Source of the DNA: an uncultured Pelagibacteraceae bacterium | GTDB taxonomy: Bacteria > Pseudomonadota > Alphaproteobacteria > Pelagibacterales > Pelagibacteraceae | NCBI GenBank assembly: GCA_902588595.1 | Contig: CACIPT010000001.1 | Coordinates: 11,948-75,947, forward strand | Direction of reading: 5' to 3' | DNA: 64,000 nt | Part shown: positions 40,748 through 52,905 of the stretch, one piece after another | Layout of the letters: each line of letters opens with the position of its first letter | How positions within the stretch are numbered: the stretch's first letter is position 1 | Notes under the pieces: model-generated | What the model saw: only the letters and a program-made list of their open reading frames with translations | Database searches by the model: none | What the model was told of the DNA's origin: nothing | Translations under genes and position numbers: made by a program

Positions 40748-42322
40748 TTAAATTCCTTTCATTTTTTGTTCATATTTCTGCTCATTACTCTGTCCAGGAG
40801 CAATCTTATCTCTTTTAATAATCATTTTGTTTAATGCATTAATATAAGCGTTAGCAGACGCTACTAATGTATCAGTATCTGCTGCTTGTCCAACAGTTGT
40901 TTTGCCATTTTCCTCAATTCGAACACTAACAGTTGCTTGGGCGTCAGTTCCTTCTGTAACAGCATGAACTTGGTACAGCTGTAAATTTACATCATGAGGA
41001 TAAAGTGTTTTTATACATTTAAATATTGCATCCACGGGTCCGTCCCCAGTCTCAGTTGATTTTTTTATTTCTCCATAAACTTCTAATGTCATTTCAGCTC
41101 TTTGAGGTTCACCAGTACCAGCAAATACTTTTAAAGATTTTAGGTTTATAACATTGTCTTCTTTGATTAAGCTATCATCCACCAAAGCTGCTATATCATC
41201 ATCATAAACATGTTTTTTCTTATCAGCCAAAACTTTAAATTTACCAAAAGCAGTTTGAATAACATCATCTGTAATATCAACATAGCCAAGTTCATTTAAT
41301 TTATCTTTAAAAGCATGTCTTCCAGAATGTTTTCCCATCACTAGAGAAGTTTTTTTAACTCCAACACTTTCTGGTGTCATAATTTCATATGTATTTCTAT
41401 TTTTAAGCATTCCGTCTTGATGGATACCTGCTTCATGCGCAAAAGCATTTTTCCCAACAATTGCTTTATTAAATTGGACTGGAAAAGTTGCATTCGAAAC
41501 TACTTTTGATGCTTTGCTCAATAAAGTTGTGTTGATTCCTGTTTCATATGGCATTAAATCATTCCGTGTTTTTATTGCCATAACAATTTCTTCAAGAGAT
41601 GCATTCCCAGCTCTCTCTCCTATTCCATTAATTGTACATTCAACTTGTCTTGCGCCCGCAGAAATTCCTGCCAGAGAATTTGCAACTGCTAAACCTAAAT
41701 CGTTATGGCAATGAACAGATAAAATTGCTTTATCAATATTCGGTACCTTATTCATCAAAGTTTGAATAATTTTTGTAAATTCAGATGGAACTGTATAGCC
41801 TACTGTGTCTGGAATATTTATTGTTTTAGCACCGCTCTTAATTGCAAGTTCAACCGTTCTGCACATAAAGTCCATGTTTGTTCTTGTTCCATCTTCGCAT
41901 GACCATTCAACATCGTCGGTAAACTTTCTAGCATAAGTTACATGTTCCTTAATTGACTCATAAACTTCTTCTGAAGATTTATTTAACTTGTGTTTCATGT
42001 GTAGTGGACTAGTTGAAATAAATGTATGAATTCTAAATCTTGGTGCGTGTTTCAATGCTTCATAACACCTATCTATATCTTTTTTAGAATGTCTTGATAA
42101 ACCAGCTGGAATTGATTTTTTTAAAATTTTACTTACTTCAGATGTTGCTTCAAAATCACCTGGTGAAGCAATAGGAAAACCAGCTTCTATAATATCAATA
42201 CCAAGCTCATCAAAAACTCTTGCAATTTGTATTTTTTCTTCCAAACTCATAGATGCGCCTGGTGATTGCTCACCATCACGCATTGTTGTGTCAAATATGT
42301 AAACTTTGTTTTTATCAGTCAT
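40748..42322 (-). CDS. leuA: 2-isopropylmalate synthase
   Basis: FDTTMRDGEQSPG, HCHNDLGLA, GIGERAGN, HEAGIHQDG, GDGPVDA. Confidence 0.98.
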   Translation of the reverse strand: MTDKNKVYIFDTTMRDGEQSPGASMSLEEKIQIARVFDELGIDIIEAGFPIASPGDFEATSEVSKILKKSIPAGLSRHSKKDIDRCYEALKHAPRFRIHTFISTSPLHMKHKLNKSSEEVYESIKEHVTYARKFTDDVEWSCEDGTRTNMDFMCRTVELAIKSGAKTINIPDTVGYTVPSEFTKIIQTLMNKVPNIDKAILSVHCHNDLGLAVANSLAGISAGARQVECTINGIGERAGNASLEEIVMAIKTRNDLMPYETGINTTLLSKASKVVSNATFPVQFNKAIVGKNAFAHEAGIHQDGMLKNRNTYEIMTPESVGVKKTSLVMGKHSGRHAFKDKLNELGYVDITDDVIQTAFGKFKVLADKKKHVYDDDIAALVDDSLIKEDNVINLKSLKVFAGTGEPQRAEMTLEVYGEIKKSTETGDGPVDAIFKCIKTLYPHDVNLQLYQVHAVTEGTDAQATVSVRIEENGKTTVGQAADTDTLVASANAYINALNKMIIKRDKIAPGQSNEQKYEQKMKGI

Positions 42323-42399
42323 TTTAATAAATTTAGCAGAAGCATATTACTACCTATACTAGAGATTGCAAAAAAAAATTACAAAATATTTATAATTAT

Positions 42400-42515
42400 C
42401 TAGTTGAGATCATTAAAAATTTTTAAATATATTGATTTGGCAATCTCAAAAGAGGCTTGGGGTGAATAGTGACCTTCGTCTATATAAGATAATTCATCCA
42501 TGTCATTAATATAAT
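42400..42515 (-). pseudogene. C-terminal remnant of an SGNH/GDSL hydrolase-like gene
   Basis: Hand translation ...YINDMDELSYIDEGHYSPQASFEIAKSIYLKIFNDLN*; DxxH block V followed by the typical terminal helix; no N-terminal GDS block. Confidence 0.45.
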
Positions 42516-42668
42516 TTAAAATTGAAAATATATAAAGGGATCAATATCCGTAAGAAAGGATATAACTATTGCTAGCCAAAATACTAGAATCAAAAGCACA
42601 ACAATAGATGAATATAATTTTTTTTTGTTTTCTTTTATATTGTTTAAAAACTTTAAAATTATTTCCAT
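42516..42668 (-). CDS. 50-aa DltX-like membrane peptide with C-terminal acyl-shuttle motif (PFIYFQF)
   Basis: Hand translation MEIILKFLNNIKENKKKLYSSIVVLLILVFWLAIVISFLTDIDPFIYFQF*; basic patch, one TM helix, FIYxxF end; absent from the ORF track. Confidence 0.75.
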   Translation of the reverse strand: MEIILKFLNNIKENKKKLYSSIVVLLILVFWLAIVISFLTDIDPFIYFQF

Positions 42669-42756
42669 TTTTTTAACTCAATGTAATTTTTTAAATTACC
42701 AGTCCTTATATCTTTTATATTAATTTTATTTAAATTAATATAGAAGATATTTTTAA

Positions 42757-44073
42757 ATGTTATTTCATAGTTTAATTTATTTATTATTGTTTTTACCATC
42801 TGTATTCACATTATATTTTTTGTTGAGAAGATTGACTAATAATGATGGAAAAATTTTACTTATTTTTTCTGGAATATTTTTTTATGGATGGTGGAATGTA
42901 AAATTTACGCCGCTTATTATTTGTTCAGTTTTATTTAATTATTATGTTAGTAAAGTAATTATAAATCTAGAGAATAAAAAAAAAAAAAAATTAATCCTTT
43001 TTTTTGGTATCTTTTGCAATATAGTTTATTTGGGAATATTTAAATATACTGACTTTATCATAAATAACCTTAATTATTTTTTTCATTCAAATATTGAAAC
43101 ATTTGGTTTGCCTTTTCCATTGGCAATGAGTTTTTTTACTTTTCAAACTATAGCTTATTTGGTTGATTGTTATGATGGTGAAGTCAAAATAAAAAGCCTA
43201 AAAGATTATTCTTTATTTATAATTTTTTTCCCACAACTTATTGCTGGTCCAATTGTTAAATTTAATAATATGATGCCACAATTTAACTCAAGTAAAAATA
43301 AATCAATTAATACAAAAAATATACTTTTGGGCTTAACAATTATTTTAATTGGTTTATTTAAAAAAATCGTTTTAGCGGACAATTTATCTATTAATGTAGA
43401 TTATGGTTTTAATAACTTTGAAAGTATAAATTTTATAGAATCTTGGATTACCTCTTTTAGTTTTACGTTCCAAATATATTTTGATTTTAGTGGATATATT
43501 GATATGGCCACAGGATCTGCACTGTTATTCAACATACTATTACCAAAAAATTTTGATAGTCCATTTAAAGCAACTAGTTTAATTAATTTTTGGAAAAGCT
43601 GGCACATAACTTTATTTAATTTTTTAATGAATTATGTTTATTTTCCAATTTTAAGATCATTGCACAAAATTAATTTTGTTAATGCAATGTTTGTTACCTT
43701 AATAGTTTTTATTATCTCGGGTATATGGCACGGTCCAACTTATGGATATATTATATTTGGAACTTTACATGGAATAGGAATAATTATTAATCACACATTC
43801 AATAAAATAAATATTTTTAAAATAAATAAGTTTTTAGGTTGGTTGCTAACAATAACTTATGTAAATCTTACAATGATTTTTTTTAGATGTGAAAATTTAG
43901 AAAGTGCCTTTGGTATAATTAAATCTATGATTGGTCATAATGGGTTTGGGTTTAGAACAAATTTTTTTGATGATTATTTTTTAATATTTGTTTATATCTC
44001 ATCTGTTGCCATTTCATTATTTTTTAAAAATATAAACTATCTAATTGATAATTATTACGAAACCAAGAAATAA
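42757..44073 (+). CDS. MBOAT O-acyltransferase (AlgI/PatA/DltB family)
   Basis: MLFHS, FFYGWWN, FKYTDF, SFFTFQ, FFPQLIAGPI, QIYFDFSGYIDMA, FWKSWHITL, catalytic SGIWHG. Confidence 0.93.
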   Translation: MLFHSLIYLLLFLPSVFTLYFLLRRLTNNDGKILLIFSGIFFYGWWNVKFTPLIICSVLFNYYVSKVIINLENKKKKKLILFFGIFCNIVYLGIFKYTDFIINNLNYFFHSNIETFGLPFPLAMSFFTFQTIAYLVDCYDGEVKIKSLKDYSLFIIFFPQLIAGPIVKFNNMMPQFNSSKNKSINTKNILLGLTIILIGLFKKIVLADNLSINVDYGFNNFESINFIESWITSFSFTFQIYFDFSGYIDMATGSALLFNILLPKNFDSPFKATSLINFWKSWHITLFNFLMNYVYFPILRSLHKINFVNAMFVTLIVFIISGIWHGPTYGYIIFGTLHGIGIIINHTFNKINIFKINKFLGWLLTITYVNLTMIFFRCENLESAFGIIKSMIGHNGFGFRTNFFDDYFLIFVYISSVAISLFFKNINYLIDNYYETKK

Positions 44074-44111
44074 AAGAATGAAATTTATAAAAAAAAACTA
44101 TTTTTTGTTAA

Positions 44112-45701
<1,590 letters not shown>

Positions 45702-45702
<1 letters not shown>

Positions 45703-47468
45703 TAAACTAAAATCTTTCCTTTCTTAGTTATTTTATTTTCTTTTTGATCATTTGGTCCTAAAAGCATTTGATTATGTGGTTTTCCAGATGGTATCATTGG
45801 AAAACAATTTTCTTCTTTGTCTACTCTACAATCAAATATTACGGGTCTATCAGTGTTGATCATTTCTATTATTTTGTCATCTAATTCATCTGGAGATGTA
45901 GCTCTTATTCCAACACAACCATAAGCTTCTGCAAGTTTTACAAAATCAGGTAATGCAGCAGTATAACTTTCAGAATAATTTTTATCATGTAATAATTCCT
46001 GCCATTGTCTAACCATTCCCATATATTCATTATTTAAAATAAATATTTTAATAGGAAGACTGTACTGAACTGCAGTAGACATTTCTTGCATGGTCATTAA
46101 CACGGATGCTTCTCCTGCTATATCAATTACTAATTTTTTTGGATGAGCAACCTGTACTCCAACAGCAGCTGGTAATCCATAACCCATTGTACCTAGACCA
46201 CCAGAAGTCATCCAACGATTAGGTTTTTCAAATTTATAATGTTGTGCTGCCCACATTTGATGCTGACCCACCTCAGTTGTTATATACGTATCTTTGTTTT
46301 TTGTTAGTTCGTAAAGCCTTTGAACTGCATATTGTGGCTTTATAGTTTCAGTACTATTAACAAAGTTAAACGAATTAACAGATCTCCATTTTTGAATTTG
46401 TTCCCACCATTTAGAAACTTTTTGTTTGTTTGATTTCGCAAAATCAGGTTTTACTTTTTTTATAGTTTTAATTGTAGAATTAATAACTTCTGCAACATCT
46501 CCTATGATTGGTAAATCTACTTTAACGTTTTTGTTTATTGAAGATGGATCTATATCAATGTGAACTTTTTTTGACCTAGGAGAAAATTCTTCTATCTTCC
46601 CTGTTATTCGATCATCGAATCTTGCACCAATGTTTATCATTAAGTCACAATCGTGCATTGCATTGTTAGCTTCGTATGATCCATGCATACCAAGCATTCC
46701 TAAAAATTGACTATCTTCACCAGGGTAAGATCCAAGTCCTTGTAATGTTGTGGTTATAGGAAAACCAGTTGTGTTAACCAACTCCCTTAAAAGTTCACTT
46801 GCTTTTGGTCCTGAGTTAATAACACCTCCACCCGTATAAAAAACTGGTTTTGAAGCTTTGTCCATTAATTTTATAAGTTCATCAATATCATTTTGTGAAA
46901 AATGATTATGAACTTTGCCATTTATTTTTTTTTGTTTTTTAAATTTTGTGTAGTTTGTTTTTTGAAATTGAACATCTTTTGGAATATCAACTAAAACAGG
47001 TCCAGGTCTTCCTGTTGTCGCAACTTCAAAAGCTTTATGAATTGTTTTTCCTAAATCTTTTATATCTTTAACTAGCCAATTATGTTTTGTACATGGTCTA
47101 GTTATTCCTGTCGTATCACATTCTTGAAAAGCATCGGTCCCTATCAAGTGTGTAGGAACTTGTCCAGAAATACAAACCAATGGAACAGAATCCATATAAG
47201 CATCTGTTAAAGCAGTTACTGCATTTGTGGCTCCGGGACCTGAGGTAACTATAAGTACACCTGGTTTCCCTGTAGATCTTGCATATCCTTCAGCAGCATG
47301 TCCTGCACCTTGTTCATGGCGAACTAAAATATGTTTTAAGAAATTAAAATTTTTTAATTCATCATAAATTGGTAGGACAGCACCACCAGGATAACCAAAA
47401 ACAAATTCTACATTTTGATCTTCCAAGCATTTAAATACTATTTCAGCACCTGAGTACAATTTTGACAT
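45702..47468 (-). CDS. ilvB: Acetolactate synthase large subunit
   Basis: FGYPGGAVLPIYD, RHEQGA, GMLGMHG, VGQHQMWAAQ, SGGLGTMGYG, GMVRQWQ. Confidence 0.97.
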
Positions 47469-47517
47469 TCAACCAATCTAGCTGAAGTTGTGCTAATAGG
47501 TCAAGTTTAAGAGTTGA

Positions 47518-48429
47518 TTATTTCAACTTTTTTAAAGCTAAGCTCAAATTTTTAGGATTAATTTTTTGCCAAGACTGCATTTGACCTCTTGCCCACGTCG
47601 CCTGTCTTTTTGCATATTGCCTTGTTTTGATAGCAATTAATTCCTTGGCTTGATCAAGAGTGCAGTGTTTGTTCAATAAATTTGTAATTTCTTTAATTCC
47701 AATAACCTTATTTGAACTATTTTCTTTTTTTACTTTAATTTTGTTAAATCTCTCAACTTCTTCAATAGCTCCATCTGCAAACATATCATCTACTCTTAAA
47801 TTAATTCTATTTATGAGCTTCTCTCTTGGGTAATCAATATAAAGTTTAATAAATTCATCTGATGAAATATATTTTTTTGTTTTTTTAAACCAATTTATAA
47901 TTGATATTTTTGTATGGTTTTTAACTTCATATGCTCTGATAGATCTTTGAACATCATTTTTTTCAATTTTGTTTTTTATTAAAGGATCAAGTTTTAATAA
48001 TTTAGTATAGAATTTTTTTTGACCTAATTTTTTTTGCATCAATCTAGTCTTATTTCTTACTTTCATTGGAATATTAGGTATTTTTACCAACCCATCAGTA
48101 AGAGCTTTGAAATATAAACCTGTTCCTCCAACTACAACTGGAATTTTCTTTCTTTTACGAATATCTTTAATCTCCTTTATTAATAGTTTTAACCACTCTC
48201 CTGTTGAATATTTTTTTTTTACATCACAAAAACCATATAGATGATGTTTTATCTTTTTTAGATCTTTTTTTTTAGGTCTTGCTGTTAAAATTTGAAGTTG
48301 CTTATAAACTTGCATACTATCAGCATTAACTATTTCCCCATTAATTTTTTTGGCTAATTTTAAAGCAAAATTCGATTTGCCACTCGCTGTTGGTCCCGCA
48401 ATTAAAATGATTTTGGACTTATGGTCCAT
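47518..48429 (-). CDS. miaA: tRNA dimethylallyltransferase
   Basis: GPTASGKS, NADSMQVY, VGGTGLY, TRQYAKRQxTW. Confidence 0.97.
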   Translation of the reverse strand: MDHKSKIILIAGPTASGKSNFALKLAKKINGEIVNADSMQVYKQLQILTARPKKKDLKKIKHHLYGFCDVKKKYSTGEWLKLLIKEIKDIRKRKKIPVVVGGTGLYFKALTDGLVKIPNIPMKVRNKTRLMQKKLGQKKFYTKLLKLDPLIKNKIEKNDVQRSIRAYEVKNHTKISIINWFKKTKKYISSDEFIKLYIDYPREKLINRINLRVDDMFADGAIEEVERFNKIKVKKENSSNKVIGIKEITNLLNKHCTLDQAKELIAIKTRQYAKRQATWARGQMQSWQKINPKNLSLALKKLK

Positions 48430-48432
48430 TAA

Positions 48433-49836
48433 TTAATCTAGCTTAACACCAATAGATCTTATTTGACCTTGGTTATTATAAATGGTTATCTGTATAGTTT
48501 TGTCAGTCCTTCTTAGGACGGAATTTACAATATTTTTAAGATCCCCAACAGTTTTAATTTTCTTTTTATCTGCCTCAATAATTATATTATTTGCACTTAG
48601 GTAATTTATTGGACTATCATTTTCTATTTTGGTGATTACTGCTCCTGTTGTAAATGGAAGATTTCTAGCTTCTACATCTTTATTAGTCAAAGCTATAACT
48701 GTTATTTTTAAACCTTCAATAACTGTTGTTTTAGGTCCTTCGGCTTTCTTTATATTAAAGTCTTCTGAAGTTTCTAATCTTCCAAGTATAATTTTTTTTG
48801 TTACTTCTCTTTGACTTCTCCAAACTTTTACCTCTACAGTTTTTCCAACTTTTGTTTGCGCAACAATTAGAGGTAATTCTTTCATTTCATTTATTAATTT
48901 TCCATCAAACTCTAAAATTATATCACCAGCTTTTATTCCTCCTTTTTCTGATGGACTTTCGTTAGCTACACTTTGAACTAATGCTCCTCTGGGTTTATCT
49001 AGTTTTTCAGCATCTGCAATTTCCTTGGTTACAAATTGAATCCTTACTCCTAACCAACCTCTTTTTGTTTCACCGTATTTAATTAATTGATCAATAACTA
49101 TTTTTGCATTGTTTGAAGGAATTGAAAAACCAATTCCAATATTACCTTCTCTTCCTAATATTGCGGTATTAATTCCAATTACGTCTCCATTCATATTAAA
49201 TAAAGGTCCACCTGAGTTTCCTTGGTTGATTGATGCATCTGTTTGAATAAAATCTTCATATCTAGCCATACCAATATTTCTATTTCTTGCAGAAATAATT
49301 CCAGCTGTAACAGTTCCACTAAGGCCTAACGGGTTTCCTATGGCAATAACCCAATCTCCTATTCTTGCTTTATCGGAGTCACCAAATTTAACTGGTTTAA
49401 ATTTTTCGTTCGATTTTATCTTTAAAATTGCAAGATCTGAAAGTGGATCAGCACCTATAACTTTGGCTTCATATTCTTGCCCGCCTTCAATTCTAACTAA
49501 AATATCCTCGGCTCCCTTAATTACATGATTGTTTGTAACTATGATGCCAGATGAATCAATAATAAATCCTGATCCAAGTGCATAAGCTTTTTTTCTCTGA
49601 GGAGTTCCAAAATCTTTAAACATGTCTTCAAATGGTGAGCCTGGAGGAAATTCAAATCCTGGAAATGGATTGCTTCTTGTGACTATTGTTTGGCTTGTTG
49701 AAATATTGACAACTGATGGCATTAATTTTTCAGCTAAATTTGCAAAAGAACTGGGAGCATCTTTAGAATTAATTGAAGTAGAAAAATTAAAAAAAATTAT
49801 AGCTACTAAAAATATTTTTAAAAATCTAAATACCAT
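48433..49836 (-). CDS. HtrA/DegP-family periplasmic serine protease with PDZ domains
   Basis: GSGFII, TNNHVI, DLA, QTDASINQGNSGGPL, RGWLGV. Confidence 0.95.
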   Translation of the reverse strand: MVFRFLKIFLVAIIFFNFSTSINSKDAPSSFANLAEKLMPSVVNISTSQTIVTRSNPFPGFEFPPGSPFEDMFKDFGTPQRKKAYALGSGFIIDSSGIIVTNNHVIKGAEDILVRIEGGQEYEAKVIGADPLSDLAILKIKSNEKFKPVKFGDSDKARIGDWVIAIGNPLGLSGTVTAGIISARNRNIGMARYEDFIQTDASINQGNSGGPLFNMNGDVIGINTAILGREGNIGIGFSIPSNNAKIVIDQLIKYGETKRGWLGVRIQFVTKEIADAEKLDKPRGALVQSVANESPSEKGGIKAGDIILEFDGKLINEMKELPLIVAQTKVGKTVEVKVWRSQREVTKKIILGRLETSEDFNIKKAEGPKTTVIEGLKITVIALTNKDVEARNLPFTTGAVITKIENDSPINYLSANNIIIEADKKKIKTVGDLKNIVNSVLRRTDKTIQITIYNNQGQIRSIGVKLD

Positions 49837-50020
49837 TTTTTTTTACATACCAGATTATAATAAAGCCAATTATTGCAAAAATAAAACCACCTGTTCTCAA
49901 CTGGCTCTCTTTTGCGTCTTTAGCTTTAAGTAAAATACTTTTCATTTTTGATGGAAATAAGGCGTATAATATTCCTTCTATAAAAAAGAATAGACCAAGT
50001 GCTATGATCAGTTCTCTCAT
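49826..50020 (-). CDS. DUF2065 family small membrane protein
   Basis: ALGLFFFIEGILYALFP...LRTGG; typical position after hflC. Confidence 0.85.
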   Translation of the reverse strand: MRELIIALGLFFFIEGILYALFPSKMKSILLKAKDAKESQLRTGGFIFAIIGFIIIWYVKKNGI

Positions 50021-50029
50021 TTTTAAATA

Positions 50030-50893
50030 TTAATCTTTTTTTGGTTTTATATTTCCAAAGAATTTAAAAAACTCACTGTCTGGAGATAATATTAAAGATG
50101 TCTCTCCTCCAATTAAAGCTTTTTCATACGCCTGCATTGCTCTATAGAAAGCAAAAAATTCAGGATCTTTTCCAAAGGCATCTGCAAATATTTTATTTCT
50201 CTGTCCATCTCCTTCACCTTTCATGATCTGAGATTGTTTTTCAGCTTCTGCTAAAATTACTGTAACCTCTTTATCTGCTGTTGAGGTAATAGTTATTGCC
50301 ATTTCAGCACCTTTTGCTCTAAATTCTTTTGCTTCTCTCTCTCTTTCAGTTTGCATTCTTCTATATATTGCCTCACTGTTTGCTGGTGGAAGATCTGCTC
50401 TTTTAATTCTTACGTCCACAATTTTAATACCAAATTTTCCTGCCTCATTATTTACTCCCTCTTGTATTAATGCCATTTGATTTGTTCTGTCTGCAGATAA
50501 TAATGTTTGCAATCTCTGTGTTCCTAAAACACTTCTAATTCTTGAGTTTATAATTGTTGATAAACGCGATCTAGCTACTCTTTCATTTCCAACTGAAATA
50601 TAAAATTTTAATGGATCCACAATTTGAAATCTTGCAAAAGCATCGACTATTAATCTTTTTTGATCTGACGCGATCACTTCTTCTGGTGGTGCATCTAAAT
50701 TTAATATTCTTTTATCTAAGAAAACTACGTTTTGAATAAAAGGAATTTTAAAATTAATTCCTGGAGTAGAAATAATTTTTTTAGGATCACCAAATTGAAG
50801 GACTATTGCTTGATTAATTTCTTTAACAATAAAAATTGAAAAGAAGGCTAATGCTCCTATTGCTATAACTATGGGTAGTAAAATTTTTTTCAT
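50030..50893 (-). CDS. hflC: FtsH protease modulator HflC
   Basis: QAIVLQFG, DQKRLIVD, RMQTERERE, DPEFFAFYR. Confidence 0.96.
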   Translation of the reverse strand: MKKILLPIVIAIGALAFFSIFIVKEINQAIVLQFGDPKKIISTPGINFKIPFIQNVVFLDKRILNLDAPPEEVIASDQKRLIVDAFARFQIVDPLKFYISVGNERVARSRLSTIINSRIRSVLGTQRLQTLLSADRTNQMALIQEGVNNEAGKFGIKIVDVRIKRADLPPANSEAIYRRMQTEREREAKEFRAKGAEMAITITSTADKEVTVILAEAEKQSQIMKGEGDGQRNKIFADAFGKDPEFFAFYRAMQAYEKALIGGETSLILSPDSEFFKFFGNIKPKKD

Positions 50894-51982
50894 TTAATTT
50901 ACCTTTTTCAATTCTGGCAGAGGTAGATATGGTACTACTCCTGACCCTGCGTTCTTATCAATTATAACTTTATCTATATCGGCTAAAACTTTTTCCATAG
51001 TTTCAAGATACATTCTTTCTTGTGTTACTTCTTTTGCTTTAGCATATTCATTATATATTGATAAAAATCTACTTGCTTCACCTTCTGCTTTTGCAACAAC
51101 TTCTTTTTTATATGCTTCTGCAGCTTGTAAAATTTTTGCAGCTTCTCCACGTGCTCTTGGTATTACATCGTTAGCATATGCTTGAGCTTCATTTTTAGAT
51201 CTTTCCATGTCTGCTCTTGCCGCTTGTACATCTCTAAATGCATCAATAACTTGATCTGGCGGATCAGCTTTTTGCGTTTGAACTTGTGTGATCTGTATTC
51301 CAGAATTGTATTCGTCTAAAATATTTTGAATAATTTCTTGTGTATCTATCTCTATTTTTGATCTTCCTTCAGTTAAAATTGGCTGAATCTCTGATCGAGC
51401 AATAACTTCTCTCATGGCTGTTTCTGCAGCAGCTTTTACAGTTCCTTCTGGATCCTGAATTTTAAATAAAAAGTATCCAGCATCTTTAATTACCCAAAAT
51501 ACTGAAAAGTCTATATTTACAATATTCTCATCTCCAGTTAACATTAAACTTTCTTCTGGAACATCGGCTACCCCGCTTGAACCAAAACCACTATCTCTTT
51601 CAGATCTAAAACCAATGTCCATTCTATTTACTTTTGTAACTTTTGGAGTAAGAACATTTTCAATAGGGAAAGGTAAATGATAATTTAAACCTGGTTGAGT
51701 AGTGTTTACAAATTTTCCAAATCTTAAAACTACACCTTGTTCATCTGGTAAAACTCTATACAAACCGCTTAATGCCCAAATTATTAATAGAACGATTAAA
51801 CCAAAAATTACTGGTTTTCCTCCAGATGCACTTCCGCCTGGAAAAAATTTTTTTATTTTATCTTGGATACTTTTAACAATTTCATCAATATCGGGCGGTG
51901 TTGGTCCTCTTCTAAAACCGTCACCATTTCCTCCTCCTCCTGGAGGTGACCCCCACGGACTTTGATTTTTGAAATCGCTCAT
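50894..51982 (-). CDS. hflK: FtsH protease modulator HflK
   Basis: PWG..PPDIDE N-terminus, GVVLRFGK, MLTGDENIV, RMYLETME. Confidence 0.96.
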   Translation of the reverse strand: MSDFKNQSPWGSPPGGGGNGDGFRRGPTPPDIDEIVKSIQDKIKKFFPGGSASGGKPVIFGLIVLLIIWALSGLYRVLPDEQGVVLRFGKFVNTTQPGLNYHLPFPIENVLTPKVTKVNRMDIGFRSERDSGFGSSGVADVPEESLMLTGDENIVNIDFSVFWVIKDAGYFLFKIQDPEGTVKAAAETAMREVIARSEIQPILTEGRSKIEIDTQEIIQNILDEYNSGIQITQVQTQKADPPDQVIDAFRDVQAARADMERSKNEAQAYANDVIPRARGEAAKILQAAEAYKKEVVAKAEGEASRFLSIYNEYAKAKEVTQERMYLETMEKVLADIDKVIIDKNAGSGVVPYLPLPELKKVN

Positions 51983-52033
51983 ATGTCAATGTATATAGTG
52001 TCTTTATCAAGAAAAACAAGATAAGTTGAATTT

Positions 52034-52825
52034 ATGGATACTAAACCGCGACAAAAATCCTTTGAAAAAAACCCAATAATTGGAACAAAATTTACTATAG
52101 CAATTTCAAGTGCAAAAGGTGGAGTTGGAAAATCTACATTTGCTACAAACCTAGCCTTAGCATTAAAAAAATCTGGATGCAAAGTTGGATTGTTAGATGC
52201 AGACATTTATGGACCTTCATTACCAAAACTATTTTCAATAAATGAAAAACCAAAGAGTGATGGAAAAACTCTAAATCCAATTTTAAAATATGATATTCAA
52301 TGTATGTCAATTGGATTTTTAACTGAAGAACAAACTCCAATGATTTGGCGAGGTCCAATGGTAACAAGTGCAATAAAAACTTTTACACAAAAAGTTGCTT
52401 GGAATGATTTAGATTTTATTATTGTAGATATGCCACCAGGAACTGGAGATACACAATTAACTTTTTCCCAAGAAATAAAAATGGATGGAGTAATTATTGT
52501 TTCTACTCCTCAAGAAATAGCACTTCAAGATGTAAAACGTGGAATAAGAATGTATGATAAACTTGGTGTAAAAATTATTGGTCTAATTGACAATATGAGT
52601 TATTTCATTGGTGATGATGGGAAAAAATATCCAATTTTTGGAGAAGGTGGAGTTAAAAGAACTGCTGACGAATTTAATAAAGAATTTTTAGGGGAAATTC
52701 CAATTAATCCTGAAGTTGGAAAACTTGGCGATCTTGGAACACCAATAGTCGAAGCTAATCTTCAACATGAAATCTCCAAAATATACCTTGAACTAGCAAG
52801 AAAAATAAAATCTTTTTATCTATAA
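52034..52825 (+). CDS. mrp: Mrp/NBP35 (ApbC) Fe-S cluster carrier ATPase
   Basis: SAKGGVGKST, DADIYGPS, WRGPM, DMPPGTGD, STPQ. Confidence 0.92.
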   Translation: MDTKPRQKSFEKNPIIGTKFTIAISSAKGGVGKSTFATNLALALKKSGCKVGLLDADIYGPSLPKLFSINEKPKSDGKTLNPILKYDIQCMSIGFLTEEQTPMIWRGPMVTSAIKTFTQKVAWNDLDFIIVDMPPGTGDTQLTFSQEIKMDGVIIVSTPQEIALQDVKRGIRMYDKLGVKIIGLIDNMSYFIGDDGKKYPIFGEGGVKRTADEFNKEFLGEIPINPEVGKLGDLGTPIVEANLQHEISKIYLELARKIKSFYL

Positions 52826-52905
52826 ATTTTATTAATATTGATCTAGATCAATTATATTAATATAGTTTGATTTAAACGTTAATATTATTAATTTTATATT
52901 TTTAA

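Noticed and set aside
42323-42668. Leucine attenuator leader for leuA
   Set aside because: No short tandem-Leu leader peptide with terminator/antiterminator hairpins; the 50-aa ORF is better explained as a membrane peptide
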